Part shown: positions 52,423-64,000 of the stretch, in pieces | How the letters are laid out: every line of letters starts with the position of its first letter | Numbering within the stretch: the first letter of the stretch is position 1 | NCBI GenBank assembly: GCA_051294375.1 | Contig: CM119266.1 | Span: 12,973,797 to 13,037,796 of the forward strand | DNA from: Paraspadella gotoi | Lineage: Eukaryota > Animalia > Chaetognatha | Length of the DNA: 64,000 bases | Direction: 5' to 3' | The notes under the pieces: model-generated | Database searches by the model: none | Told to the model about the DNA's origin: nothing | Seen by the model: only the letters and a program-made list of their open reading frames with translations | Program-made: the position numbers and the translations under genes

Positions 52423-55297
52423 CAAGTTTGAGCAAACAAAGTCGGATCTGCCCTACGATAATTAAATTAATTAATTAAATTAATTAATTAATATTATGAG
52501 ATTAATTAATTAATTAATAGATTAATTAATTAATTAATTAATAGATTAATTTAATTTATATTCAGCTTGATCATCAATCGATGTCCTTAAATTGAGTCAG
52601 GACAGTTAATTAAAGTTTTGTTTACATTTTATCAAAAACAAACAAATATCCTATATTATCGAGCAGGCGGGCAAAGCCCGTCGCTGTCTAGATTTTGATT
52701 CGGTTTAGCTTTCGGTCAATCCGCTTTTTTGCAATCATGGCTTCTGAAAATGTGAATATCATAGGGAGTTTGAATTTTCATAAATATGGCTTCTAATACA
52801 ACTCATAGCGATGCCTTTAAAATTCTCATGTTTCATGATCAATATCGTATTTGTTTAATGTTTTATTTACAAAACACCCAAAACGTTTTAATTAATGTCG
52901 CTCTCCCTTCTCTCGTCTTTTCTCCGTCACGCTTCTTCTGAATTTGTCTAAAAAACGAGTTCGCGGGCTCTGCAGCGTCTGTCCAGCTTCTTTTCTCTCT
53001 TTCTCTTACTTCTCTCTCGTTCTCTCTCTCTCCTCTCATCTTTCTCCTTCCTTTTTTTACAAAAATTTTTTAGATATAATGTCGCGGTTCACTAATGTAA
53101 AACGATGCCGGCGAACCGTGCCGAACCCGGGCCTTTATCTTTCTCTTTTTCTCTGCAGCGGCTGTCTCTCACTCTCTCTCTTTTTCTATCTCTCTCTCTG
53201 TCTCTCTGTCTCTCTGTGTGTGTCTGCCCTATCTGTCCGATCTCTTGCGTGATCGTTTGTTTTTTTGAAAAATTCTGATTATTTATTTTTCCTTCTAAAA
53301 CTTTTTATTATTGCCATTTATTCGCGCTTTTTTTCAATACAAAATTACCCATATTTCATCCGAGATTTTCGTGGATTTAATTCTCTTCTTTCTTTCTCTC
53401 TCTCTCATCTCTCTCTATTTCTCTCTCTCTCTCTTTCTTTCTCTCTCTCTTCTTTTTCTCTCTCTCTCTCTCATCGTCTCTCTCTCTCTCTCTCTTTCAC
53501 TCTACACGCATTTGTTTGTTTTATAGAGCTATCATCGCATCCAAATGAATGACAATCATCGCGATCAATGAAATGACAATCATCGCATCACGAAATGACA
53601 ATCAATCGCATCACTGAATGACTAATCATCCACAGCATGAATGACTAATCATCGCATCATAATATTGAATTATGCATCGAAGTCAATAATCATTCCGATT
53701 AGCATCAATAAATTACAATTTACACACATCAAATCAATTAGTATACTTCAATTCAATTAGTAATTACTTTCAATCATTACTAATTAACATCAATAATTCG
53801 TTATCCGGGCATGATATCATAGTCGTTTTTTTATTCACCGGTTTTTCTTTCATTAATTTTCTATGATAGTGGCTCTGGCTCGATCTTGGAGTCTTTTAAG
53901 ATTGTTTTTATATTTATGTCCTCCTCTCTCTCTCTCGGTCACTCTCTCTTCTTTTCTCTCTCAGCTCTCTCACTCCATCTTTCTCTCTCTTCTTCTCTTT
54001 TTTATGCAATAGGCGACGATCCTTATGCTTTTAAGATTTTTAACTTGCCATCATTTTTCAACTTGCATAAATTTTTTCAACTTGCATTCCGTCAAAAACT
54101 TTATATCTAGCTTCTTCACTCACTTTTCCTACTGGCTCACAAAATTCATCTCAATCTATCATGGGTTAAAAATAAATAAAAAGATTCAAGTAAATGTGAC
54201 CTCATATTTTTTCTTTAAACTCATTTCCACTGGTACGTTTCCCTGAAACTTTATAATCAAGGCTTCGTCATACGTTTTCTACCCACACAGTCACAAAATT
54301 TGCAACTCAATCTATCCAATCCAATTATGATTAATGGAGTATTTATTGTTAAAATAAATAAAAAGAAGATTTTAGGTAAAATTCGACTTATGTGTTTTTT
54401 CCATTTAAAACTAATTTCCTCACTCACGACGGCGGGGGGAAAATTCCCATCCGAAAATTTTTTTTTTTAATATCCAGCTTATCACAACACTTTCCTACCC
54501 AGCACACAAATTTATATTCCAATCAGACGCAGCCAATCACGAGTTATTGGAAGCTTTTGCTAAGATGGGACGGATGGACGGATTGATTGACTAATTTAAT
54601 TAATTTATTGATTAATTTATCTTATAAATTGATTAAATTAACTATTAATTATTTGATTTATTAATACATCCTGCAGAATACATTTAATATTAAAAGGGAA
54701 AAAGAAGCTAATAAATTAGTAAAAACAGGTTTTTTGTTTTTTCCATTTAAACTCATTTCCACTCAAAACTATTCCATCGAAACTTTGATTTCCTGTTCAA
54801 ATCACACCACTTTCCCTACGCTCACAAATACAAATTCCAGCGTCAACAGCCCATCCACTCATGAGGCAATTGTGTTCAATGTGAAGATCAATTTTTTTTG
54901 TTTTTTCCATTTAAACTCATTTCCACACTCGGGACGATTCATCGAAACTTCATATCCGGCTCAATGCACACACTTCCTATCCACAACAAAAATTTCATTT
55001 AAATCCATCCATCCAATCAACGAGTAATTGGTGTTTTTTGCTAAGGTGGACGGACGACGGACGGACGGACGGACGGACGGACGGACGGACGACGGACGGA
55101 CGGACGGACGGACGGACGCGGACGACGGACGACAGACAGACGGACGGACGGACAATCTTTTTTTTTTTTTTTGCATAATTTATCATAATTCGTGTTCTGA
55201 CATGATATAAGTGTGTGCCCGACAATTATGAGGGGGCGGACCGACGGACCGAAAAAGTGAGTTATAGAGTCGGGATCTGCTGATAAGCAGATCGACT
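52423..55297 (-). mobile_element. Non-autonomous Helentron-associated element (HINE/DINE-1-like), ~2.9 kb
   Basis: 5' palindrome AGTCG(G)GATCTGCT-gata-AGCAGATCGACT (55268-55297); (GTCC)n tract 55048-55153; internal repeats; matching subterminal repeat AGTCGGATCTGC (52440-52451); short hairpin GTTTG-ag-CAAAC (52426-52437). Inserted in a T/A run, with the empty site at ~60101-60106. Confidence 0.8.
53530..53660. repeat. ~22-bp tandem repeat (ATCATCGCATCAATGAATGACA-like) inside the HINE
   Basis: About 6 imperfect copies. Confidence 0.8.
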
Positions 55298-55406
55298 AAA
55301 AATCTTTGTATGTCTCGTGCAAAGTTCATTACCCAATTAGCTTCAGAGAAAAGAGGACGTCTCAAAAACATAAGTTTATATCCTCATTATCCAACCTCAT
55401 GCAATC

Positions 55407-55420
55407 GTTTCTATGGCAAC
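55407..55420. promoter_or_regulatory. RFX X-box GTTTCTATGGCAAC (copy at 59986-59999)
   Basis: 14-bp match to the GTHNYY-AT-RRNAAC consensus, present in both arms. Confidence 0.45.
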
Positions 55421-55701
55421 GGAAGCTTAAAATCTGTCTAAACGACCGCCAGTTCCGCCCAAAGCTCCACTTTGAAACTGAATGTCAACGCGGTTTTTTT
55501 TCTCCTTCTATCGCCTACGACAAAGAGCCCTCGTTGTTAAAAGCGAGAAGCCACCCTTGAGACTCGTAAAACGTTTCGTTTGGTCGAAATCCTTATCAGA
55601 AATTAACGGAGTCGTTCGATTAGTTGTTGTTACAGCTTTAGGACTTCGCGTGAATCCTAGTATTTGAAGGGAAAAGGGAAGAAGGAAGTCTTGTGTAAGG
55701 G

Positions 55702-55788
<87 letters not shown>

Positions 55789-56840
55789 CGGGGAAGACAA
55801 AACCCCTGAATGTCGCCATCCATTATCGCCTGAGTTTAATTGCATAATTCGTATTTGAAAAAAAATAATTCAACCTTTTTTTATATAGAAAAATTTTTTT
55901 TTTCATTTGTCTCCTCTTCTTTCTTACATAGTGGAAGCCACTGGTGATGTCATCGCGTTCGTTCGTTGACTTCGTTGAGTTACAAACCCGAAATCTCGGC
56001 GATCTGAAGGACAAGCAACACATTTATGAATCGTTCTCAATCTCTAAAATACGTTGCACCACGTGATTGTAGATTATAAATGTTTGCTACCTCTGAACTT
56101 ATGCAAAAAAAATTATAGTAGAGACGATAAGAATCTCTATCAAAATGCCGTGTTTTTAAGTTAATTTGTAATCCAAGATTGCAGAGGTGAGGTTTATTTG
56201 AGAGAGGTGAAGACGAAGAAAAAAGGAGGAGCGAAGAGAAGAGAAGAAAGAAGAAAAGTTACATGTAGAGGAAAGGGCAAGATATAAAAAGGAAGGAATG
56301 ATTTGAGAGAAAATAAGAAAAAAGATAAGAAGAGTAAAAAAAAAAAAGTGATTTGAAAAAAAAAATGAAAAAGAAAAGAAGAAAAAGAGAGGAGTAAAGG
56401 AAAGGGAAGGTCGAGTCGAAAAAAGGATGAACTCCTGATCGAGGATTATTGAGGAGGAGAAATCGAATGAAGCGATTTCAATCCGAAGAGAGGGAGAGGG
56501 AGGAGAGAGAGGAGGGAGGGAACGTCCGTGAGAATTTGCGCGAAACGTAATGAATTTTAACCGTGAGATGGATTAAGAATGGGGAAAAAAAGGTGCGACG
56601 CTGTTGACTGCATGAGATGCTAAAGTCGTCATTCGATACTTTTCCCGCTTAAAGACTGTTTTTCGCGATTGAATGATTTTCGCCATTTTCCTCGTCTTCT
56701 TCTTCTTTTCTTTCTTCGTCGTCGTCGTCGTCATAGGTCGTCCTCATTATCGACCATTGAGAAGCTTTCCTCGAATCTGTCGGTTGACAACCTGATGATG
56801 ATTAAGGACGACCTTTGGGATAATTAGAGTTCAGAATCTG

Positions 56841-56871
<31 letters not shown>

Positions 56872-56880
56872 ATTGCTCTC

Positions 56881-56927
<47 letters not shown>

Positions 56928-56973
56928 CTCTCTCCTCTCTCTCTCTCTCTCTCTTCTCTCTCCTCTCTCTCTA

Positions 56974-57004
<31 letters not shown>

Positions 57005-58126
57005 CTCTTTTTTTCTCTTTTCCTAGAGAGAGAGCAGATTCTGAACTCTAATTATCCCAAAGGTCGTCCTTAATCATCATCAGGTTGTCAACCGACAGAT
57101 TCGAGGAAAGCTCTCAATGGTCGATAATGAGGACGACCTATGACGACGACGACGACGAAGAAGAAGAAGAAGAAGAAGACGAGGAAAATGGCGAAAATCA
57201 TTCGAATCGCGAAAAACAGTCGTTTACGCGGGAAAAGTATCGAATGACGACTATAGCATCTCATGCAGTCAACAGCGTCCGCCACTTTTTTTCCCCATTC
57301 TTAATCCATCTCACGGTTAAAATTCTTACGTTTCGCGCAAAATTCTCACGGACGTTCCCTCCCTCCCTCTCTCCCTCCCTCTCCCTCTCTTCGGATTGAA
57401 ATCGCTTCATTCGATTTCTCCTCCTCAATAACCTCGATCAGGAGTTCATCCTTCTTTTCGACTCGACCTTCCCTTTCCTTTACTCCTCTCTCTTTTTCTT
57501 ATTTTCTTTTCATTTTTTTTTTTAAATCACTTTTTTTCTTTTTTTACTCTTCTTATCTTTTTTCTTATTTTCTCTTCAAATCATTCCCTTCCTTTTTATA
57601 TTTTTCTTGCCCTTTTCTTCTACATTAATTTTCTTCTTTCTTCTCTTCTCTTCGTTCCTCCTTTTTTCTTCGTCATCACCTCTCTCCGAATAAATCGCAC
57701 CTCTGCAATCTTGGAATTCCAAATTTAGAACTTGAAAAAAACATTCCGCATTTTCATAGAGATTCTTACGATTCCTACTATATTTTTTGATAAGTTCAGA
57801 GGTAGCAAACATTTATAATCTACAATCACGTGGTGCAACGTATTTTAGAGATTGAGAACGATTCATAAATGTTTTGCTTGTCCTTCGGATCGCCGGATTT
57901 CGGGTTTGTAACTCAACGAACGGAATCGCTGTGGAACCACACCAGGTGGCTTCCACTATGATAAGAAAGAAGAAGGAGGACAAATTGGAAAAGAAAAATT
58001 TTTTTTCGATATAAAAAAGGTTGAATTATTTTTTTTCAAATACCGAATTATGCAAATTAAACTCAGTGCCGATATGGATGGCGACATTTAGGGGTTTGTC
58101 TTCCCGTATTCTCTCTCTCTCTTCTC

Positions 58127-58191
<65 letters not shown>

Positions 58192-58259
58192 CCCTTAACA
58201 CAAGACTTCTTCTTCCCTTTTCCCTTCAAATACTAGGATTCAACCGCGAAGACCTAAAG

Positions 58260-59759
58260 TAGATGATGTCGCTCCGCGCTTAAAAAAAATTCCGACAAGA
58301 CGAAGCGGTTTCTGATAATTTTGGTTCTAGCAATTTTTGCACCAGTTTAGCGCAGTAAATATTACAAAACCATTGGATGATTTCTGAAATGCAGTGTTTG
58401 GCGCTACCAACGCGCCGGAACAAAGAAAATCCATAAGTCTTGAGTAAAACATACTTGAAATTAAACACGACGCTTGCGGTCTGAATTCTTTTTAAATTTT
58501 TTTTTATTTGTTGGTATTTACTGTATAAAGTCAATTTTAAAAAACAGCCAGGTCATGCACTGATTCCGATTCTGTTGGGTTTAACCTAACTTTCAGCACA
58601 AACGAAAAAAAAAAATTGACGACATATAAGAAATAATAGCCAATTAATCCAAATTTTTTTTCTCCAAAATTTGTTGTCACTTTTTGTTTCTTACTGTTTT
58701 TGCCAAACATGCCTTTAAAAATTTATAAAAATTAAAGAATTAGCTAATGAACTACAAATGTCTTAGGTACATTTCAAGAGTTGCCGGAACTCAAAGAAAT
58801 CATTGATATCATAGTCATCAATATGGGCTTGAAATAACTTATTTCTTTGCAATTTACCCTTTATTGATAAAAGCCTTTGTAATTATAATAAAATAAAAAC
58901 AACATTTTACCATACAGCTACATTGCATTTGCGTGTTATTAAAAGATTGTTATGCTTTTTTTTTAAAAAAATAGTTATTCAATATAGCTATGGGGCATTA
59001 TGCAAACGTTTTAATTGCACCTGAAGATGAAAAATTAAAAATTCTGATAATAGTAAGCCTTTTAGCCCTATGTCAGTAAAGTTTTAAGATCAGCCGGAAC
59101 CAAAGTTTGAAACTCCTAAATTTTCATATTTAATCATATGTTTTCTAAGTTTCCTTCATGAATTTTTTAATTTTTTTGTTTTCAACAAAATGATAATTCA
59201 TTATCCTTAGTAATTATATAACATTTGAGGTATAGAATAATTTTTGTTTATATCAGAAACGTAATTCAATCTTTCTCTTTTCAGAATCTATATTTATTTA
59301 TTTTAAGTAAGCCAAGTTGTGTTTTAATTTTTAATTTTCAAAAGTTGTTATACTTTGACTACATATTCGATCCAGATTTTAAAAAAATCCGTGGAAATAT
59401 TGAGAAAAGATTATATGAAAAATATGCCCCATAATTATGGCTTTAATTATGATACCAGTCTCATCGGTTCTTATCATCTTTGGTTCAAAAGATATAAGAA
59501 AATCAATTTTTAAACCAAATGAAGTCACTCGGCAAAAGCTAAAAATTTCAGTAATGAACCAAAGAAGAAAATTTAACGAACGCAGATTTGTTTAAAACTT
59601 GGCGTAGGAAATGGACCATTTTTTGTAGATATATTTTTCAACGCGTGGGTCGATTGCATTTGAAATGTTACATCAACAATATTGACATCATTTCCTATCA
59701 GTAAATGTAAAAATATTTAAGAATAACTTATAAACGACCAGATAACATTGTCTTATCTA
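58260..59759. mobile_element. Non-autonomous DNA transposon (hAT-like), 1.5 kb
   Basis: Ends TAGAT... and ...ATCTA, flanked by CCTAAAG (58253-58259) and CCTATAAAG (59760-59768). The other arm has a single CCTAAAG at ~55636-55642. No transposase ORF. Confidence 0.6.
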
Positions 59760-62215
59760 CCTATAAAGCCTGTAACAACAACTAATCGAACGACTCCGTT
59801 AATTTCTGAAAGGATTTCGACCAAACGAAACGTTTTACGAGTCTCAAGGGTGGCTTCTTCAGCTTTTAACAACGAGGCTCTTTGTCGTTAGCGATAGAAG
59901 GAGAAAAAAAACCGCGTTGGACATTCAGTGTCAAAGTGGAGGCTTTGGGCGTGAACTGGCGGTCGTTTAGACTTTTAAAGCTTCCGTTGCCATAGAAACG
60001 ATTGCATGGGGTTGGATAATGGATATAAACTTATGTTTTTGAGACGTTCTCCTTCTCCGAAGCTAATGGGTAATGAACTTTGGAACGAGACATTACAAGA
60101 TTTTTTAAAACAAAATTTGAAATATTGACTTTAAAAAGCACTAAACTTCAACTTTTTTTTTGAAATTGTACGAGCTACTCAAGGTGGAGGGGTCCTCGGC
60201 CACCCCGAGTGCGGAACGGGTGGTGTGTCGAAAGGGTAAAGATGAAAACGGGGAGAGGACGGACTGCGGAGTAGAGTGGAGCACTCAGGAACAAAAAATT
60301 TATTTGAATGATCGAACAAGGATATTTAGATGTGACCTAGTATGATTAACTAGTACAAAAAATATTTTGTTCATATTGTCTCGGGAACAGAATATAATAT
60401 ATTTGTAGTAATATTCTTATAAAATAGTCAATTTTAAAAATATTTTTTTTAAAACTTTTAATAAAGATTCAGATTCTTCATAAAAAGTTGAATCAAAAAT
60501 ATAAAACATGTTATCAAAAATTAAGTCATCTTCAGCGTTTAAAATGGGAAAAAAGGTGAAAATTCATGACTTATTTATTCTCTGTAGTAGAAACTTATAT
60601 ATGTTAAAAGTTAAAACGTTTTAGTAATCACCATTTGAAGGCCTGGAGTTGGCTTCGGATAGTCTAGCATAGAGAGTAGAGAGTGACATCTGACCGTCGA
60701 GGGGGTAAGCTCGAAAAAGCGGTGGCATTTTACCAGCGAACGTCGACGCCGGAGGAAGTAAGTCTTTTCTCGGGCGACGATAGAAAGGAAGAGCTGAGAT
60801 TTTAGTTTCGCGGCGACGAAAACGAAGAATAAAAGAAGAAAAAGAAGAAAAAAAAAGGAAAACAAAAGAGAAGCAAACTGGCTGATGCCTGGGAGCGGGA
60901 GATGTGAAGGGAGGATAAATGGGGAAGCGGCTGCAACGTTTGGCTGTGAACTACATTTCGACTACTAGTTCGAGGCGTCCTTAAAAACGCACGTAAATTC
61001 AGTCATATTCGGATGAATAAAGGTTATATAACATCCGGGTTTAAATCAATCGACAAAATCGATGTTTATTCGGGATCTTTTTCAACCACCCGATGTGCCG
61101 CGAGGTTTGGAAGGCGCCGAGGTGGAACCAGCTTCGTTTACTACACCGATTATTCATTCCGACCGCGAGACCCTAAGACGCCGAACCTTTTTTTTCCGGA
61201 AATAGCGCGCGGTTAGTGCGGGGATCGAACCCTCGACCTTTCGCCTTCGAAGTAGAAGGAGAGAGAAGTGCCGAGGGGCAAGTGAGAATAGTTCGGGTTG
61301 AGAAAAGAAAGAGAATGGACTGGAGTGTGAAGGGAATGGTGAGAGAGCCGTTTGAAGTGAAAATAATTGAGTGGTTTGGAGTGCAAGAATAAAGGAGAAA
61401 AAGGCGAGCGACTATCCTTTCGGAAGTGAGATGTGAGGGTATAAAGAATTTCATTAACTTCACAATATTTCAATTACGTATCGGGAAAATAATATTCAAT
61501 AATATTCAAGAGAATTAATTTTTAACCGTTGGAAACAGAGGTGAAGACTTCAAAAAAGTGTTGTTGCTAACAGTAAAGATTGAGAAGACTTGAGCAGCCT
61601 ATTCGCGGTGTTGGGAGTGAGTTTCAAGGATTCGAGGAGTGGCGCGGGTCTCTCCGCCTTCCGGGCGAATAAATAACATTTTTAAACTCGATTCTCAAAT
61701 TCTCCCGAGAATTCGATTATGAAAAGAATCTCAACTTGAAAAAGAAAAGAAAGAAAGAAAACCAGCCGAGAAAAAAAAAATTTTCTCTCAACTTTTTTTT
61801 TCAAAATAGAAAAAAAAAATTAGGATTAAAAAAGATCGGAGAGTAGCGAGTGCGCCTTTACCCAAACGCGTAGAAATAATAAATCAGAATAAATTTCTTT
61901 ATTTTTTTTCCTTCTTACTATTACTACACTCTGGCCGAAATTCTTTAAGATGGGAGAAAGGGGAGAGAGAGGGGCGGAGAGAAAAAGAGAGCTAGAGATG
62001 AGAGTAGTTAAGAAAAGAAGGAAAGAGAGAAAGAGAGCAAGGGGGTCAGACCCACGGCTCGCGGATCCATGTCCGCTGCTTTTCCGTCTTTTCGTGACCC
62101 GATGAAAAATTGACAAAAAAGTCTCCCAGAATCAATAAGTGAAGGGGAAAATGTGAAGGGGAAAATGTGAAGGGGAAAGAAAGTCGAGACCAGACCGAAA
62201 CCCGACACCTTATTG

Positions 62216-62258
<43 letters not shown>

Positions 62259-64000
62259 ATGACAAATTGAATGGCTGAAATATCGATTTAGAAATTGAAA
62301 ACTAAAGAGAAGGATTAAGAAGAAAATTATAGAAAGAAGAAAAAAAATAATAAGTGACGTCGACAACTTAAAAGTCATAAAAGATAATTAATGATTGAAA
62401 ACTTAATTAAAGAAATCCAACATCTGAGAATTTATTTTTATTCTTTGATACGTATCATGATAATTTACGGGGCGCGAAAGAAAAAGATGCAGCGGTATGT
62501 TTATAAAATAAAATTCTATTTCATTTAACAAGTTTTTTTTGATACTTACGTACATGGTGACAATTTTACAAGCGCCGGTAAAAAAACGCTGTCATTTGCA
62601 AACCAGTGGTTATTTCATTCATTTTAAAAATTAGTTGAGTAGAAAATACTAAAGTTATTTATGTGTTCAAATTTTATATTGATCAGTTGACATATGCCTT
62701 GACAATGAGTGGATAAAGTTGGCTTGTCAAANNNNNNNNNNNNNNNNNNNNNNNNNNNNNNNNNNNNNNNNNNNNNNNNNNNNNNNNNNNNNNNNNNNNN
62801 NNNNNNNNNNNNNNNNNNNNNNNNNNNNNNNNNNNNNNNNNNNNNNNNNNNNNNNNNNNNNNNNNNNNNNNNNNNNNNNNNNNNNNNNNNNNNNNNNNNN
62901 NNNNNNNNNNNNNNNNNNNNNNNNNNNNNNNNNNNNNNNNNNNNNNNNNNNNNNNNNNNNNNNNNNNNNNNNNNNNNNNNNNNNNNNNNNNNNNNNNNNN
63001 NNNNNNNNNNNNNNNNNNNNNNNNNNNNNNNNNNNNNNNNNNNNNNNNNNNNNNNNNNNNNNNNNNNNNNNNNNNNNNNNNNNNNNNNNNNNNNNNNNNN
63101 NNNNNNNNNNNNNNNNNNNNNNNNNNNNNATTATTTATATAAGTATCATGAAAGAGCCTGAAAAAAAAATTTAAGATAGCCAATCATAATTTGATAAAAA
63201 TCCTAAATTTACCCTCCAGCTATTGATNNNNNNNNNNNNNNNNNNNNNNNNNNNNNNNNNNNNNNNNNNNNNNNNNNNNNNNNNNNNNNNNNNNNNNNNN
63301 NNNNNNNNNNNCACAATTTGATAAAAATCCTAAATTTACCCTCCAGCTATTTATTTTTGGAAAGATGTCTTATTTTTGAGTATCCTAATTAAATTAAAGC
63401 TGGGCTGGTTAAATTTTAAACTACAGTATTTGTAAGTATGTCATTCTTTTTAGATTTGAAAGGGCGTTCAGAAGATAATAATATTAATATATTTTTATTT
63501 CAAATTTCTTCAGAAAACTTACTGAAAGTAAGATCACAATAGTTATCAAAACTATAGAATTTATATAATCTATAGTATAGATCCTCAACTAAAATAAAAG
63601 TAACTTAAAGAGATGCTTTGCCGCCTAAAAATAGTTGAATATAAACTCATTGGGGCGGAGGTATGGAAACGACTGGCAATTTCCAACTCGCATCTGCGAA
63701 CGAGGCTGTCCGAATTTGAATATTAAATAACAAAAGTAAGAAAAAACTGCATTCGATTCCCATAAGATGCAACATTTTTTTTAAAGCTTGAATATTTCAG
63801 GCTTAATACCCTCGCAATGTGTTAAAGATTTTTATAGCAGATGTTGAACATGATAGAATGTGTGATTGCTTAATGCATTTTTAATCTTTTACATGTGTGA
63901 GAGAAACGGAGACGTGAAAAAAAAATACTCGCCAGAATCGATAACGAGCGAATTAACACACTCGTCATCGTTTTCTGAAGGATCTGTTGAAATTCAGAGA

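Larger units (their letters stand above)
50770..61265. repeat. Long inverted duplication 4: arms ~50770-56850 and ~57025-61265, interrupted by arm-specific insertions
   Basis: Pairings: 55632-56850 with 57025-58259; 55298-55640 with 59760-60106; 51900-52422 with 60101-60600; 50770-51390 with 60625-61265. Confidence 0.95.

Noticed and set aside
57000-57035. Sequencing hairpin adapter at the palindrome centre
   Set aside because: Only CT/GA similarity; the distinctive internal adapter sequence is not visible here or at ~10390.
61218-61248. GGGATCGAACC resembling an antisense tRNA T-arm or tRNA-SINE
   Set aside because: It aligns as the noisy inverted copy of the exon at ~50780-50830, and there is no cloverleaf.
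63186-63350. ~39-bp direct repeat on both sides of a gap
   Set aside because: Most likely a collapsed tandem repeat or a contig-end overlap.

Overview
Eukaryotic (invertebrate metazoan-type) draft-assembly scaffold: AT-rich, microsatellite-rich and full of N gaps, with long stretches that look like unpolished, insertion-rich long-read sequence. The only gene I recognise is an alpha/beta-type syntrophin (two minus-strand exons at 36628-36881 and 33903-34078). Several further spliced exon sets encode proteins I cannot identify (48935-51372 minus; 22946-23573 minus; 7485-7734 plus). Large-scale structure: an apparently identical 7.07-kb direct duplication (1-7070 = 14309-21378), four long inverted duplications (centres ~10.39, ~29.5, ~39.0 and ~56.9 kb), two tandem arrays (~515-bp and ~325-bp units) and four gaps of exactly 25 N. 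Most of this is probably gap-filling, foldback or haplotype-joining artefact. The most interesting biology comes from comparing the arms of the last palindrome. One arm carries a ~2.9-kb Helentron-associated (HINE/DINE-1-like) element and the other a ~1.5-kb TAG...CTA element with a target-site duplication, each with the empty site visible in the opposite arm. Several introns also appear to use A/purine-rich acceptors with no polypyrimidine tract. There is no prokaryotic system, CRISPR array or RNA gene here. All alignments and consensus sequences were done by eye.
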